Positions 18,887 to 29,745 of a DNA stretch of 64,000 nt are shown in pieces. The notes under the pieces are model-generated. The model had not been told where the DNA came from. It saw nothing but the letters and a program-made list of their open reading frames with translations, and ran no database searches. Position 1 is the first letter of the stretch; each line of letters begins with the position of its first letter. A program made the position numbers and the translations under genes. Where the stretch lies: contig JBBILD010000004.1 in NCBI GenBank assembly GCA_037445065.1, positions 32,001 to 96,000 of the forward strand, written 5' to 3'. This DNA comes from Myxococcales bacterium (GTDB lineage: Bacteria; Desulfobacterota; Binatia; HRBIN30).

Positions 18887-19714
18887 GTGACGATGGTTGG
18901 CGCTGGAAGAAAGGTGGCGGGACTCCTCGCGGTGGCAGGGTTCATTGCCTGGGGTCGGGTGGTGCAGGGCGCGGAGATGAGCGAGGCGATTCGCTCGTTC
19001 AAGAATTTCACGCGCGACGCGGCTACGGTCGAGCAAGGCCGGCTCCGCTTGGAAGTGCAGGGTGTCAAGATTCAAGACAAAGAGAAGACTCGCCTCAATC
19101 TCATCGGATTCCGGATCAAGGCCGACGAGATCAGCGCCGGGGCCTTTACCTTGTTGGGCAGCTACGGCCTATCGAAGAACTCGGAGATTGGTTTCTCGCT
19201 GCCCGGTTACATTGAAAGCCGTACGGTCAGCGGGCAGAAAACCACAAAGGAAGACATGGGTGACGTCACGTTGTACGGCAAGTTCACCCAGGGTGTGAAC
19301 GACAACCTCAAGTGGGCGGCCGGCGTGGAAGTGCGCGTGCCCTCGGGCAGCAAGTCGAAGGAATTCGGCACCGATGAGGTCGGCCTCAACCCCTTTCTTT
19401 CCGCACGGTACGTCTACAAAGCCTTCGGGATGGGCGGCCATGTGGGGTACGAGTTCACCACGGGTGACGTGCCGGACGTCTTTAACTGGAGCTTCGAACT
19501 CTTCCTGCGTGGCAGCAGCTTTTACACCATCCGCCACGAGTTGACGGGGCGGGTCTTCCACCAGGGCGGTTTCCGCAACCACGATTTGACCCTGTGGCCG
19601 GGTGTGGACTTGCATTTCGCCGACAACTTCACGATCCGTCCCACCGGGATGGTGGGGGGCACCGATATCGCCCTGGATTACGGAATTGGCTTAGGCCTCG
19701 CTTACATTTTCTGA
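18887..19714 (+). CDS. Putative outer-membrane beta-barrel ('transporter' family)
   Basis: Signal peptide, alternating beta-strand pattern, MGDVTLYGK motif, C-terminal Phe (GLAYIF). Confidence 0.7.
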   Translation: MTMVGAGRKVAGLLAVAGFIAWGRVVQGAEMSEAIRSFKNFTRDAATVEQGRLRLEVQGVKIQDKEKTRLNLIGFRIKADEISAGAFTLLGSYGLSKNSEIGFSLPGYIESRTVSGQKTTKEDMGDVTLYGKFTQGVNDNLKWAAGVEVRVPSGSKSKEFGTDEVGLNPFLSARYVYKAFGMGGHVGYEFTTGDVPDVFNWSFELFLRGSSFYTIRHELTGRVFHQGGFRNHDLTLWPGVDLHFADNFTIRPTGMVGGTDIALDYGIGLGLAYIF

Positions 19715-20470
19715 ACGCAAGCCGCGGCGCAGTGCGTCGTGGTAGCGGACCGCGCTGAGGCAGAGGCCGTGCGCGGGAGCGGTAGGCCCGGCGTGGGTGC
19801 GGTCGCGGCGTTCGAGGATCATCGCTAGGGCCTGCGGCTCGAGCTGGCCGCGGCCGACCTCGACGAGTGTGCCGACGATGTTGCGCACCATGTGGCGCAC
19901 GAAGGCGTTGGCCTCGATGCGGTACAGGATCATGTCTCCTTGTCTCTCGACCTCGCTGCGCACCACCCGCCGCACCGCGTGCGCAGCTTCGCAGCCGGCG
20001 GCTTGGAAGGAGGCGAAATCGTGCTCTCCGACCAACGTAGCGGCGGCGGCCTGCATGGCGCGCTCGTCCAGGGGGTAAAAGACGTGCCAGGAAAAACGCC
20101 GCCAAAACGGCGAGGGCACGCGCCGATTCCAAATGCGGTAGAGGTAGGTGCGGCTTGTCGCGTCACGCCGCGGGTCGAACGAATCCGCCACCTGTTCTGC
20201 CTTGGTGACCGCGATATCGTGCGGTAGCACCGCATTGAGGGCTCGGAGCAGCGACTCAGTCGGCCAGGCGCGCTCGAGTACGAAGCTCACCACTTGTCCA
20301 CTGGCGTGCACTCCGGCATCCGTACGGCCGGCAGCGGCCACCCGAACCTCTTGCCCGCAAAGTTTGCGCAGGGCCGCCTCCATTTCACCTTGGATTGTCG
20401 GACCGTGCGGCTGCACCTGCCAGCCGAGGTAACGCGTGCCTTCGTACTCGACGAGCAGCTTGTAGCGCAT
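19691..20470 (-). CDS. truA: tRNA pseudouridine(38-40) synthase
   Basis: GWQVQ, AGRTDAGVHA, HDFASF, MVRNIVG, TAPAHGL. Confidence 0.96.
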   Translation of the reverse strand: MRYKLLVEYEGTRYLGWQVQPHGPTIQGEMEAALRKLCGQEVRVAAAGRTDAGVHASGQVVSFVLERAWPTESLLRALNAVLPHDIAVTKAEQVADSFDPRRDATSRTYLYRIWNRRVPSPFWRRFSWHVFYPLDERAMQAAAATLVGEHDFASFQAAGCEAAHAVRRVVRSEVERQGDMILYRIEANAFVRHMVRNIVGTLVEVGRGQLEPQALAMILERRDRTHAGPTAPAHGLCLSAVRYHDALRRGLRSENVSEA

Positions 20471-20473
20471 GGC

Positions 20474-21493
20474 TCAGGCTTGGCTGCGCAACAGCACCTC
20501 GGCGATTTGCACCGCGTTGACCGCGGACCCCTTGCGCGTGTTGTCGAGCACGAGCCAGGCGTCGAGCGCGCCGCGCTCGAGGTCCAGCCGCAGCCGCCCA
20601 GCGTGCGTTGCGTCGCTGCCCATCACGTCGGCGGGGGAGGGGCAGACAAGCGGCTCGTCTTCGACCAACAGCCCGGGTGCGGCGCGCAGGTGCTCCCGGA
20701 GGCCTTCCAGCGCTGCGCCAGGTTCGAACTCGACGTGGACCGCGACCGCAGTTCCGTAAAACAGCGGCACTTGCACGCGGGTCAGGAACAGGGGCAGCGA
20801 AGGCTGGCGCAGCACGCGCCGCAGTGCCGCTACCGACCGCTCCTCTGCCTCGGTGGTGCCGTCTGCGCGCATTTCCCCCACGCAAGGAAAGAGATTGAAG
20901 GCCACGCGTTCGGGGAACAACTCGTTGTCTTCCGGCTCGCGCCCATTGAGAAGTTCGTACACTTCTTGCTCGAGGATTTTGAGCCCACGCCGCCCGCGCA
21001 CCGAGACCGGATCGAAGGCAGTGGCCACCACGCTGCGCAGAGAGCCACGCTGGCGCAGCGGCTCGAGGAACACCGCGAGCGCAATGGTCACGGGATCGGG
21101 GCTCGCGACAATGCGGCTCGCCGGCGGCTGGCGCAGCTCGCCGGCATTGACCTCGGGAACCACCACGATCACGTCTTCCCGGGCACTCCACGCTCTGCTG
21201 GTGTCAATGACCCAAGCGCCCGCCGCGGCGGCTTTTTCCGCCCACTGCTTGCTGACTTCTTCCCCCGCCGCGAGAAAAACAAAGTCGAAGCCGGTAAGAG
21301 AAGTGTTTTCGTGCAAGGGCTCGACCAGCACTTCGCTGTCTTCCCGAGTCACTTCTTTGCCGACCGACTCCGCGCTGGCCCAGGCCTGTAGGCGACTGGC
21401 CGGAAACCCCCGTTGCTCGAGCGCACGAACGATTTCTTCACCGACCACACCGGTGGCTCCAATTACTGCCACCGCGTATGCGCTTTTTTTCAT
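20474..21493 (-). CDS. asd: Aspartate-semialdehyde dehydrogenase family protein (Usg-like; catalytic Cys apparently absent)
   Basis: [33 protein letters not shown]; lies between leuB and truA. Confidence 0.8.
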   Translation of the reverse strand: MKKSAYAVAVIGATGVVGEEIVRALEQRGFPASRLQAWASAESVGKEVTREDSEVLVEPLHENTSLTGFDFVFLAAGEEVSKQWAEKAAAAGAWVIDTSRAWSAREDVIVVVPEVNAGELRQPPASRIVASPDPVTIALAVFLEPLRQRGSLRSVVATAFDPVSVRGRRGLKILEQEVYELLNGREPEDNELFPERVAFNLFPCVGEMRADGTTEAEERSVAALRRVLRQPSLPLFLTRVQVPLFYGTAVAVHVEFEPGAALEGLREHLRAAPGLLVEDEPLVCPSPADVMGSDATHAGRLRLDLERGALDAWLVLDNTRKGSAVNAVQIAEVLLRSQA

Positions 21494-22599
21494 AGGTTTC
21501 CTTGCCGCAGGGCACGCACCACTTCGTCTCCCATGGCGCGGCAGCCCACCACCTTCGTTCCGGGCTGCTGGATGTCCGCCGTGCGGAACCCTTGCGCGAG
21601 CACTGCCTCGACCGCGCGTTCGATCGCCGAGGCAACCTCAGCTTGTCCGAGCGAGTAGCGGAGCAACAAGGCGGCAGACAGAATGGCAGCCAGGGGGTTG
21701 GCGCGGTCTTGCCCGGCAATGTCCGGAGCACTGCCGTGAATGGGCTCGTACAGGCCGCGCGGGTACCCCGCTCGGTTTTTTGCCGCCCCCAGCGATGCGG
21801 AGGGCAACAGCCCCATGGAACCGGCGAGCATGGAGGCCTCGTCGGTCAAGATGTCCCCGAAGAGGTTCTCTGTGGCAATGACGTCGAAATCGCGCGGGCG
21901 GCGGATCAGGTGCATGGCCATCGCATCTACCAGCACGTCTTCGTAGGCCACATCCGGGTAGTCGCGCCGGACTTCGTGCGCCACTTCGCGCCACAGCCGC
22001 GACGAAGACAGCACGTTTGCCTTGTCCACCGAGCTGACCTTTTTCCGCCGCTGGCGTGCCAATTCGAAAGCGGAACGCATCAGGCGCGCGATCTCTTGCT
22101 CGGTGTAGATCATGGTGTCGAGCGCCTCGCGGCCGTGCGGGCCTTGCCGCCGCTCGCTCGGCTTGCCGAAGTAGACGCCCCCCGTCAGTTCGCGAACCAC
22201 GACTAGGTCCACGCCGCGCAATACCTCCGGCTTGAGCGTGGAGGCATCGAGCAAGCTTTCCAGAGCGCGCACAGGGCGGAGGTTGGCGAAGAGGTCGAGG
22301 GCTTTGCGCAAGCCGAGCAGCGCTTGCTCAGGCCGCACTGCCGCTTGCGGGTCGTCCCACTTGGGGCCGCCGACAGCGCCGAGCAAAATCGCGTCGGCCG
22401 CTTGCGCCGCCGCGAGCGCCTGCTGCGGAAGCGCCGTGCCAAAGCGATCAATGGCTGCCCCACCGACCACCGCTTGTTCGAATTCGACGGGCAAGGCGAA
22501 ACGTTCGCTCGCCACGTCGAGCACTCGCTGTGCTTGCTCCACCACCTCCGGGCCAATTCCGTCGCCCGGTAACAACAACACCCGAAACCGCTCTCCCAT
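21490..22599 (-). CDS. leuB: 3-isopropylmalate dehydrogenase
   Basis: [41 protein letters not shown]. Confidence 0.97.
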   Translation of the reverse strand: MGERFRVLLLPGDGIGPEVVEQAQRVLDVASERFALPVEFEQAVVGGAAIDRFGTALPQQALAAAQAADAILLGAVGGPKWDDPQAAVRPEQALLGLRKALDLFANLRPVRALESLLDASTLKPEVLRGVDLVVVRELTGGVYFGKPSERRQGPHGREALDTMIYTEQEIARLMRSAFELARQRRKKVSSVDKANVLSSSRLWREVAHEVRRDYPDVAYEDVLVDAMAMHLIRRPRDFDVIATENLFGDILTDEASMLAGSMGLLPSASLGAAKNRAGYPRGLYEPIHGSAPDIAGQDRANPLAAILSAALLLRYSLGQAEVASAIERAVEAVLAQGFRTADIQQPGTKVVGCRAMGDEVVRALRQGNL

Positions 22600-22608
22600 G
22601 GAATCTCC

Positions 22609-24159
22609 TCAAGGCTCTTCGCCTCGGATCTGGCGCAGGCGTGCCTGGCGGTGGCACAACTTGTTCAGTGCGTTCAGGTACGCCAGGGCGCTGGCATGCA
22701 CGATATCGGTGTGGGCTCCCTGTCCGGTCGCCGTAGCGCCGTCGAGGCTGATCAGGCAGGAGACCTCGCCCATGGCGTCGGTGCCTCCGGTGATGGCCTT
22801 CACTGCGTATCGCTCGAGTTTCGGGGAAAGACCGGTGGCCTCGCCGATTGCCTTGAAGCAAGCGTCCACCATCCCGTCTCCGGTGGCGGTGGCCACTCGC
22901 TCGCGGCCGTTCGAACGCACGCGCACGCGAGCACGCGGCTCGCTCCCGGTTGCAGCACCCACCTCGAGTTCGAGCAGCTCGAAAATATCCGGCCCCCGCA
23001 CCGCTTCTTCGGTGACAATGGCGAGCAAGTCCTCGTCGTAGACAAACTTCTTGCGGTCGGCGAGTTCCTTGAACTTGGCGAAGGCCTTGTTCATGTCCAC
23101 GTTGTACAAGTCCACACCGAGTTGCTTCAGCCGTTCCGCGAAGGCGTGCCGGCCCGAGTGCTTCCCCAGCACGAGTTTGTTGCTGGGCAGCCCGACCGAT
23201 TCAGGCCGCATGATTTCGTAAGTGAGTTTGTCTTTGAGCACGCCGTCTTGATGGATCCCGGCTTCGTGCGCGAAGGCGTTGTCACCCACGATCGGCTTGT
23301 TGGCAGGAACGACCAAGCCAGTTACCTGGGAGAGCAAGCGGCTCGCCGGGTAGATTTGCTCGGTCACGATGTTCGTGCGCAGGCCGAAGAAATCGCGCCG
23401 GGTGTGCAAAGCCATGACCACCTCTTCGAGCGAGGTGTTGCCAGCGCGCTCGCCGATGCCGTTGACCGTGCATTCCACCTGCCGCGCTCCGTTGCGCACG
23501 GCAGCCAGCGAGTTCGCCACTGCCATCCCCAGATCGTTGTGGCAGTGCACGCTCCAACGCACCCGCTCGCTCCCCGGGGTGTGTTCGATCAAGTACCGGA
23601 AGAGAGCCCCGAACTCCTCCGGCACGGCATAGCCGGTGGTGTCCGGCACGTTGATGACCCGTGCTCCGGCGCGGATCACTTCCGCGAACACTTGTACCAG
23701 GTAATCGCGGTCCGAACGCGACGCGTCTTCTGCGGAAAATTCGACATAATCTAGATACTTGCGGCAGAACTCCACCGCCCAGCAGGCCGCATCCATCACT
23801 TCTTGGCGGCTCATCATGAGCTTGCGCTCGAGGTGCAAGTCGGAGGTGGCGATGAAGACATGAATCCCAGGATTGCGGGCCTTCTCCACCGCGCGAATCG
23901 CTTGCACCATGTCGTTTTCGCGCGTCCGCGCCAGGCTCAGGACCACCGGACGGGTGACCGTTTGCGCCACCCGCTGCACGGCTTCGAAGTCGCCCGGCGA
24001 GGAAGCCGCAAAACCGGCCTCGATGACATCCACTCCCAGCCGCTCGAGCTGGCGCGCGATGAGGACCTTTTCCTCCACATTCATGCTCGCACCCGGCGAC
24101 TGCTCTCCGTCGCGCAAGGTGGTGTCGAAGATGTACACGACGTTTGGATCGTTCTGCAT
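22609..24159 (-). CDS. leuA: 2-isopropylmalate synthase
   Basis: [42 protein letters not shown] 24159 with GGAGG RBS. Confidence 0.96.
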   Translation of the reverse strand: MQNDPNVVYIFDTTLRDGEQSPGASMNVEEKVLIARQLERLGVDVIEAGFAASSPGDFEAVQRVAQTVTRPVVLSLARTRENDMVQAIRAVEKARNPGIHVFIATSDLHLERKLMMSRQEVMDAACWAVEFCRKYLDYVEFSAEDASRSDRDYLVQVFAEVIRAGARVINVPDTTGYAVPEEFGALFRYLIEHTPGSERVRWSVHCHNDLGMAVANSLAAVRNGARQVECTVNGIGERAGNTSLEEVVMALHTRRDFFGLRTNIVTEQIYPASRLLSQVTGLVVPANKPIVGDNAFAHEAGIHQDGVLKDKLTYEIMRPESVGLPSNKLVLGKHSGRHAFAERLKQLGVDLYNVDMNKAFAKFKELADRKKFVYDEDLLAIVTEEAVRGPDIFELLELEVGAATGSEPRARVRVRSNGRERVATATGDGMVDACFKAIGEATGLSPKLERYAVKAITGGTDAMGEVSCLISLDGATATGQGAHTDIVHASALAYLNALNKLCHRQARLRQIRGEEP

Positions 24160-24226
24160 GTTGTTTCCTCCCTTCTCCGCGTCTTTCGAACCGAAAGGGG
24201 CCTTCGGGGGGAGTCGCCCGTGGCCC

Positions 24227-24267
24227 AAACAAAAACGCCACGGACGGCTCGATTCCGCCCGTGGCGT
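24227..24267 (-). terminator. Attenuator terminator of the leu operon leader
   Basis: Minus strand ACGCCACGGGCGG-AATCGAG-CCGTCCGTGGCGT followed by TTTTGTTT. Confidence 0.85.
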
Positions 24268-24287
24268 CCTGCGGTTCCGCGCTGGAC

Positions 24288-24377
24288 TTACGTCCCCGCA
24301 CACACCCCGGGCGGGCAGCGAAGCAACAGGCTAAGCAGCCCGAGCGCACCGAGCAGTGTGTTGCGAGCAACGAACAT
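24288..24377 (-). CDS. leuL: leu operon leader peptide (29 aa, 8 Leu)
   Basis: GGAGG RBS; MFVARNTLLGALGLLSLLLRCPPGVCAGT*; sits just upstream of the terminator and leuA. Confidence 0.8.
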   Translation of the reverse strand: MFVARNTLLGALGLLSLLLRCPPGVCAGT

Positions 24378-24484
24378 TGCCTCCGGAACTAATCGAGCCT
24401 GGGGGCAGTGTCAAGCGCAGATTTGCGTCCGCGCACGGCGAGGGCGAGCCCCGGCCCGCCGCGCCCAGGAAGGCGGCCGCGGGC

Positions 24485-24952
24485 TCAGGCATCCAGCCCG
24501 CCCTTCACAAGGGCGAGGGCGCGCGCCACTGCTTCTCGCGGGGTTGCGGCGTGGGCGATGTCGCTTACCCCCTCCCAGGCTCGGCACGCAACCACAGGCC
24601 TGCCGAGGACGCGCGCGAGGTGGATCTCCGAGGCCGTCCCGTGCTCGCCCGCAAGCGCAATCACTGCGTCACCGCTGGCGACGACGAGAATGTTGCGCCC
24701 ATGACCCAGCCCGGTCGGCACCGCGATGTCCACCCAGGGATTGGCGGCCGCTCGCTGGTAGCCGGGTAAGATTCCGACCGTAGTCCCACCTGCACGCTTG
24801 GCGCCGCGGCACGCACCTGCCATGACCCCGCCGAGCCCGCCACAAACCAGCACTGCGCCGCGGCGCGCCAGCTCGGCGCCCACTTCTTCGGCGAGTGCCT
24901 CCACCTCTCCACTACACGCTCCGCCGCCGATCACGGCGACTTGCACCTGCAT
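24485..24952 (-). CDS. TIGR00725 family (LOG/DprA-like Rossmann fold) protein
   Basis: VAVIGG, CGGLGGVM, TVGILPG, PTGLGHGRN, GTASEI. Confidence 0.88.
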   Translation of the reverse strand: MQVQVAVIGGGACSGEVEALAEEVGAELARRGAVLVCGGLGGVMAGACRGAKRAGGTTVGILPGYQRAAANPWVDIAVPTGLGHGRNILVVASGDAVIALAGEHGTASEIHLARVLGRPVVACRAWEGVSDIAHAATPREAVARALALVKGGLDA

Positions 24953-25443
24953 CGCTGCACCTCCTTCGCGATTCGTGATCCTCCTGGCCGCCTTCCGCAA
25001 AAAGGATGCGGTGACCGTAGCGATCAGCGGAATCGAAAGGGACGACCGGGACAAAGGCAGCAGGACGATGGACAAGGCAGCCCGAAGTCCGGGCAACTCG
25101 CGCTCTAACGGCGGCACGGAAGGGTTGAGCCACGGTGACCCCAGGGGAAAGTCTGGGCCCTCGTGCCGCGACAAGCGCAAGCAAGGTTCGAAGTGGGCCC
25201 TCCCCCGGGCCTTGTGCGAACCATCGTTGGAGGACCGAGATGTGAGTGCGACCGCGGTTGCACGGGAGCGTACCGCCGAGGGTTGCCTGGTCGCTGTTCG
25301 TGATTCGCCTGTGCTGGCCAAAAGGCTCCTGGGTGCCGTGCGCGCTTGGCCAAAAACGATCGCCTGCGCGCCTCCGCCTCTGGCGGCTTCTTAGGGGCCG
25401 TCTGGTTGGGACCTAGGGGGTTCGCGCATGAATCCGCGGCGCA

Positions 25444-26184
25444 CTAACCGCGCCCCCTCGGGAGTATGGTCACGGTGTCCTGGGGGGGCGAATTGACGAA
25501 TCGCGCCGCGCGTATGCGGCCGATGCTATGCAGGCCGGCCCACAGGAGGAGACCAGCGAGCAGAAGAATCGCCCGTCCGCCAAGGGCCGGTGCAGGAAGC
25601 GCTGGGGTGAAGCTGAGATCGTCAAAGCCTTCTGGTTCTGTGGTCGTTTGAAACAAGGCGTAGCGAAACGGCACTCCGCCAAGATTCACCACGAGCGTGT
25701 CCGCCGGGGCGCTGGTCGCATTGTCGAAGCCCGCAGCAATGCCGATCACTTGAAACTCGTTCGGGTTGGCCGTTGGCCTCAACGCAAGCAAGCGCACCAC
25801 TTCGGCCGATTCGGGAAAGAAGTGATCGGTTCGCAGGCTGACTTCGGTGACCGGCGCACTGAACCCGATCAGCAAATCGTTGAGCCCCGCAAGATGCGCG
25901 GTGACAAAATTCGGAGGAGACACGGCGTTTGCGGGTTGCGCAAAGACGTCGAACTGGGGATCCGGACTTGCCAAGGTGACCGTGCCACCAAGCGTCACTG
26001 TGTTTGGGATGTTCCCGGTGGTGAACGTGACTCCCTGCGCCACGAGCGCATTCCCTGGCTGCGTCCCCGCCGTAAGGGTGTCGAAGTGGATCGTCACCGC
26101 GAAAACCTGCCCGCTAAGCGCGGCCAGACTGCAGGCGGCCAGGAGACAGCGGGCCGCTGCCAGCCCCCAAAACCTCGTGCCCAT
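25444..26184 (-). CDS. Secreted protein with IPTL-CTERM-like C-terminal sorting signal
   Basis: Signal peptide; C-terminal APALGGRAILLLAGLLLWAG followed by basic residues. Confidence 0.7.
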   Translation of the reverse strand: MGTRFWGLAAARCLLAACSLAALSGQVFAVTIHFDTLTAGTQPGNALVAQGVTFTTGNIPNTVTLGGTVTLASPDPQFDVFAQPANAVSPPNFVTAHLAGLNDLLIGFSAPVTEVSLRTDHFFPESAEVVRLLALRPTANPNEFQVIGIAAGFDNATSAPADTLVVNLGGVPFRYALFQTTTEPEGFDDLSFTPALPAPALGGRAILLLAGLLLWAGLHSIGRIRAARFVNSPPQDTVTILPRGRG

Positions 26185-26584
26185 TGCCCGCCCTCCTTTC
26201 GCAGAGCCAAGAAAGCCTACCACGAACGGGTGGTGGCTTTCAAGTGGAAAGGCGCTGGGCTTTTCGACTACTGAATTGCCACGAAGGGCAAGAGAGGGGT
26301 TTCGAGGACTCTGACTGAGTGTTTCCGGCCGCGATCGCTCACTGCGCGTGTCGGCGCGGCGGTGCGCACCGGCAGCGCTCGCTGGGTGACCACTCGTTCT
26401 GATCCCCGCATACCCTCCAGCAGGAAGCTCCCGCGGTTTGCAACCCCGTGCGAGCGTGGCTGCCTGCGCGTTTGGGGCTTAGTCGTGCTTGGGCCCATCC
26501 GCAGCGGGAGGCTTTGGGTGCAGGTGAAGCCACACCGGTGTGCCTTGGCTTGCGCTTCTGTTGGCAACAAGGGAGAGATTGGGC

Positions 26585-27082
26585 ATGACTCCGTTACGAG
26601 TTGCTCTACAGTTTGGGTCGGGAAGCCACGGCCAAACCTTTGCCGAGCTACCGGCCGAGCTACGTGACCGCATCGCTGCTCGCTTCAACGAGGACAACCG
26701 GTTTTTCCCCGGGCACTTAGGGCTCCGGGTTGTTGACTTGCGCCAAGGCTACGCGCGGCTCGAGGTAGAGAATCGCCAGCACTTGATGCAGCCAGCTGGG
26801 GTGATGCACGGCGGGGCGAGTTTTGGCCTGGCAGACACCGCGGTGGCGGCAGCGCTCGCCACCTTGTATCCCGAGGGCACGTTGCTGCTCACCATCGAGA
26901 TGAAAATCAATTACTTGGAACCCATCCCGGCAGGAGTCGTCACCGCGGAGGCGTTCGTCTTGCGCGCCAGTAAGCGCAGCGCATACGCCGAGGTGGATAT
27001 CTGGGCAGCCGGGAAGCTCGCCGCACGCGCATCCACCACGTATATGATCCGGGCGGCCAACGAACGCGGAGCACCGAGCTAG
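26585..27082 (+). CDS. PaaI family thioesterase
   Basis: GVMHGGASFGLADTA, TIEMKINYLEP; start uncertain. Confidence 0.88.
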   Translation: MTPLRVALQFGSGSHGQTFAELPAELRDRIAARFNEDNRFFPGHLGLRVVDLRQGYARLEVENRQHLMQPAGVMHGGASFGLADTAVAAALATLYPEGTLLLTIEMKINYLEPIPAGVVTAEAFVLRASKRSAYAEVDIWAAGKLAARASTTYMIRAANERGAPS

Positions 27083-27170
27083 CGAGTGCGAGCAGCAGTG
27101 AATTTTACGCACTGCGTCGGCGTCCATGGCTGGCACCGAAACAGACGGTGTGGGAACGAGGAAAGGACTC

Positions 27171-27311
27171 ATGGACGGGAAACTGACTCTGTACGACGTG
27201 GTGCGCGTGATTCAGGACCTCGCTCGCTCGGACCACGAAGTGGTTGCGGTGTTGTGGCACATGCTGCGAACGCGCAAGTTGCGCTTCGCGCGCCCGCTGC
27301 TCTCCTGGTAA
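27171..27311 (+). CDS. Small hypothetical protein (46 aa)
   Basis: GAGGAAAGGA RBS before ATG; MDGKLTLYDVVRVIQDLARSDHEVVAVLWHMLRTRKLRF, amphipathic helices. Confidence 0.6.
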   Translation: MDGKLTLYDVVRVIQDLARSDHEVVAVLWHMLRTRKLRFARPLLSW

Positions 27312-27358
27312 ACGCTTCTGCTTGGAAGGGGAACGGGCGGCTGCTACGGCTGGCGACC

Positions 27359-27943
27359 GTGTGCTCGCGAAGGCTGTGGTTGGCGCTTGCCCTGGCATGT
27401 GCGGCTCCGCTCCTCAGCCTACCTGTGCGCGCGGGCGCCCTGGTGGTGGTGCAGCGCGATTTCGCGCAGCTAGTGTCAGGCGCCGAACAAGTGGTGGAAG
27501 GCACAGTGGTGGCGGTCGAAGAGGCACCCGACGCAAGCGGGATTCAGCGCACGCTCGTGACCCTGGCGGATCTGCTGGTCTTGAAAGGGCAGGTGGCTGG
27601 GGACCGTTTTGTGCTCGACGTCGCCGGCGGCGAGAAGGGCGGCCTGCGTTCTTCCGTCCTCGATCTTCCGGAGCTGCGTTTGGGTGAGCGTTACGTGCTG
27701 TTCGTAGCGGCCAATGGGCGGGCCGTGTTTCCGGTGGTGGGAGTGTGGCAAGGTGTGTTTCGCGTCGTGCGAGATGACGAGCGGCAAGCCGAGGTCGTGA
27801 CCACGTACGACGGCAGCGCGGTGACCGGACGCGCCGGCAGGAATCTCCTCCGCCGCAGGCAGCCTCGTGGCGGTGAGAAAGCCGTCTCCGTGCAAGAGTT
27901 TCGTAACTGGGTGTTGGAGGAGGCGTCATCGCCAAGCCGATGA
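27359..27943 (+). CDS. Secreted hypothetical protein coupled to the downstream metalloprotease
   Basis: Signal peptide; LVSGAEQVVEGTV and GERYVLF motifs; ATGA overlap with next gene; start uncertain. Confidence 0.7.
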   Translation: MCSRRLWLALALACAAPLLSLPVRAGALVVVQRDFAQLVSGAEQVVEGTVVAVEEAPDASGIQRTLVTLADLLVLKGQVAGDRFVLDVAGGEKGGLRSSVLDLPELRLGERYVLFVAANGRAVFPVVGVWQGVFRVVRDDERQAEVVTTYDGSAVTGRAGRNLLRRRQPRGGEKAVSVQEFRNWVLEEASSPSR

Positions 27944-28836
27944 AATCTTGGCAGGGATCCCTCTTCCTGGTGCTGCTGTTGGCGAGCGCCTCACCGAGCG
28001 AAGCGTGGGACTGCATCCGCACGCGCCGGGGGGATGCTGCGAGTCCGTGCGTGCGCTGGCGCAGCTCGCCCGTGGTGGTGCGTTCGTTTTTGGGGAGCCC
28101 ACCGCGCTCACTGGCCAATGGCACACGGACGTGGGACGACAATGCGGTGCTGGCAGCCGAGGAGTGGAACGGCCTCGGCGGCCCGGTCCGCATCTCGCTC
28201 GAGATCGGTGGCACGTTCCGCTCGCCCTGTGGTGCACAAGGGCCCCGGCATGCCTGTGACAACACGGGGCCAGCAGGAGACAATCCCATCCTGTTCGCCA
28301 ACGACTTCTGCGGGCGTGATTTTGGCGACATCATCCAGCTTACCAACAACTGCTTCCGCCCAGATACAGGCGAGATGATTGCGGCGCCGGTGTTCATCAA
28401 CGCCGGAGTTCTGTGGAATGCCTATGATGGGCCCATCCGCTTCGACCTCTCCACTGGCACCCCCGTACCTGTCTACGACATCCGACGCGTGTTGCTGCAC
28501 GAACTCGGGCATGTGTTGGGCCTTGCTCATCCGGACGAAGCGGTGCCGCCGCAGCAGGTCACTGCCATCATGAATTCCCGGGTCAGTGGCATTGACCGCC
28601 TGCAGCCGGACGACATCAACGGGTACTTTTCCATCTATGGCAGTGGCCCTCCCGGCCCTGCCCCCTCGCCTTCCCAAGGCTGCATGCTGGTGGCCCCGTC
28701 CGGGCAGCTTCCGGCCCCCTTGTGGATCCTTCTTTTCCTCGCTGGACTGCGACTCAGGCGCTCCGCCGGGATGAAGAAAACCGGGACCACGGGGAAAGTC
28801 CAAAGCCAAGGGCCCTCTGCCTGCCGGTCGCTTTAG
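27940..28836 (+). CDS. Matrixin (M10-like) zinc metalloprotease with MYXO-CTERM-like tail
   Basis: HELGHVLGLAH zinc motif, AIM Met-turn, DDING; tail SQGC + hydrophobic helix + RLRR. Confidence 0.85.
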   Translation: MKSWQGSLFLVLLLASASPSEAWDCIRTRRGDAASPCVRWRSSPVVVRSFLGSPPRSLANGTRTWDDNAVLAAEEWNGLGGPVRISLEIGGTFRSPCGAQGPRHACDNTGPAGDNPILFANDFCGRDFGDIIQLTNNCFRPDTGEMIAAPVFINAGVLWNAYDGPIRFDLSTGTPVPVYDIRRVLLHELGHVLGLAHPDEAVPPQQVTAIMNSRVSGIDRLQPDDINGYFSIYGSGPPGPAPSPSQGCMLVAPSGQLPAPLWILLFLAGLRLRRSAGMKKTGTTGKVQSQGPSACRSL

Positions 28837-29693
28837 CCGAGGTACGCGATCAGCCCGCTGCCGGTGGCAATGACGGCGGCGCCGGCGATGCGGTAGCGAC
28901 TTTCACCTTCGTGCAGCACGAGACGCGCTAGGAGGACTCCGAACACGATGCTGCTTTGGCGCAAGCCGAGCACATAGCTCGCCGGAGCGCTCGCCAGGGC
29001 CCACAAGATAAGGAGATACGAAAAGCCCCCGAGTGCTCCGGTAAGAACCATGCGGGTGGAGTTTGCCGTCCACGCGGCTCGCAGGCGTGCAAATGCGGAG
29101 CGTCTGAGCAGCACGGCGATCACGCAGGCCTCACCCAAGCCGAGGAAATACAAGAAGACGATCGGGTGCAGGGCGCGCACCCCTTGTTTGTCGATCACCG
29201 TGAACAAGGCGACAAAGCACGCGGTCAGCAGCGCATAGCGGGTCACCGGGCTGGTCAGCGTGGCGAGCCATCCGTGGCGACGAAGCGAGGGAAGCTGCAG
29301 GAGCAGTGCTCCGCTTCCTGCGAGCAACACTCCGGCAAGACCCGCACTGCTGATCGGCTCGCGTACCACCAGCCCATCCCACAACGCGAGCAACACCGGG
29401 GCAGTGCGGCTGAGCGGGTAGGCGACCGAGAAGTCGCCCGCATCGTAGGCCTTGAGCAGGTATACAGCGTAGGCAGCGTGGGAGAGGGCAGAGAGGGCGA
29501 TCCAGGGAATGGCGGCCGCTGGGAGCCCGTGCCGATGAAGAAACCACGCAGCAAGGGGCCCGTACAGCACCGCCATGACCATGCCTTGGCCGAGGAAGAA
29601 AGCCCAGCGGTCCGCGCTCCCCTTGTTGAACAGGTTCCAGAGTGCGTGCAGAAAGGAGGAACACAAGACCGCGGCTAAGGCATCGCCCGCCAT
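28833..29693 (-). CDS. EamA/DMT family transporter
   Basis: HALWN, GDFSVAYPLSR, LRQSSIVFG; many TM segments. Confidence 0.88.
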   Translation of the reverse strand: MAGDALAAVLCSSFLHALWNLFNKGSADRWAFFLGQGMVMAVLYGPLAAWFLHRHGLPAAAIPWIALSALSHAAYAVYLLKAYDAGDFSVAYPLSRTAPVLLALWDGLVVREPISSAGLAGVLLAGSGALLLQLPSLRRHGWLATLTSPVTRYALLTACFVALFTVIDKQGVRALHPIVFLYFLGLGEACVIAVLLRRSAFARLRAAWTANSTRMVLTGALGGFSYLLILWALASAPASYVLGLRQSSIVFGVLLARLVLHEGESRYRIAGAAVIATGSGLIAYLG

Positions 29694-29745
29694 GGCGCCC
29701 TGCTAAGCTGGCAAGCCGCGTCTTGCAATGGAAGGGAGCGAGCCG

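Noticed and set aside
25080..25440. GGAAAGTCTGGGC resembling the RNase P RNA 5' conserved motif
   Set aside because: The other universally conserved RNase P segments are absent
29709..29728. TGGCA...TTGCA sigma-54-like motif
   Set aside because: GG-GC spacing is 13 nt, not the required 10
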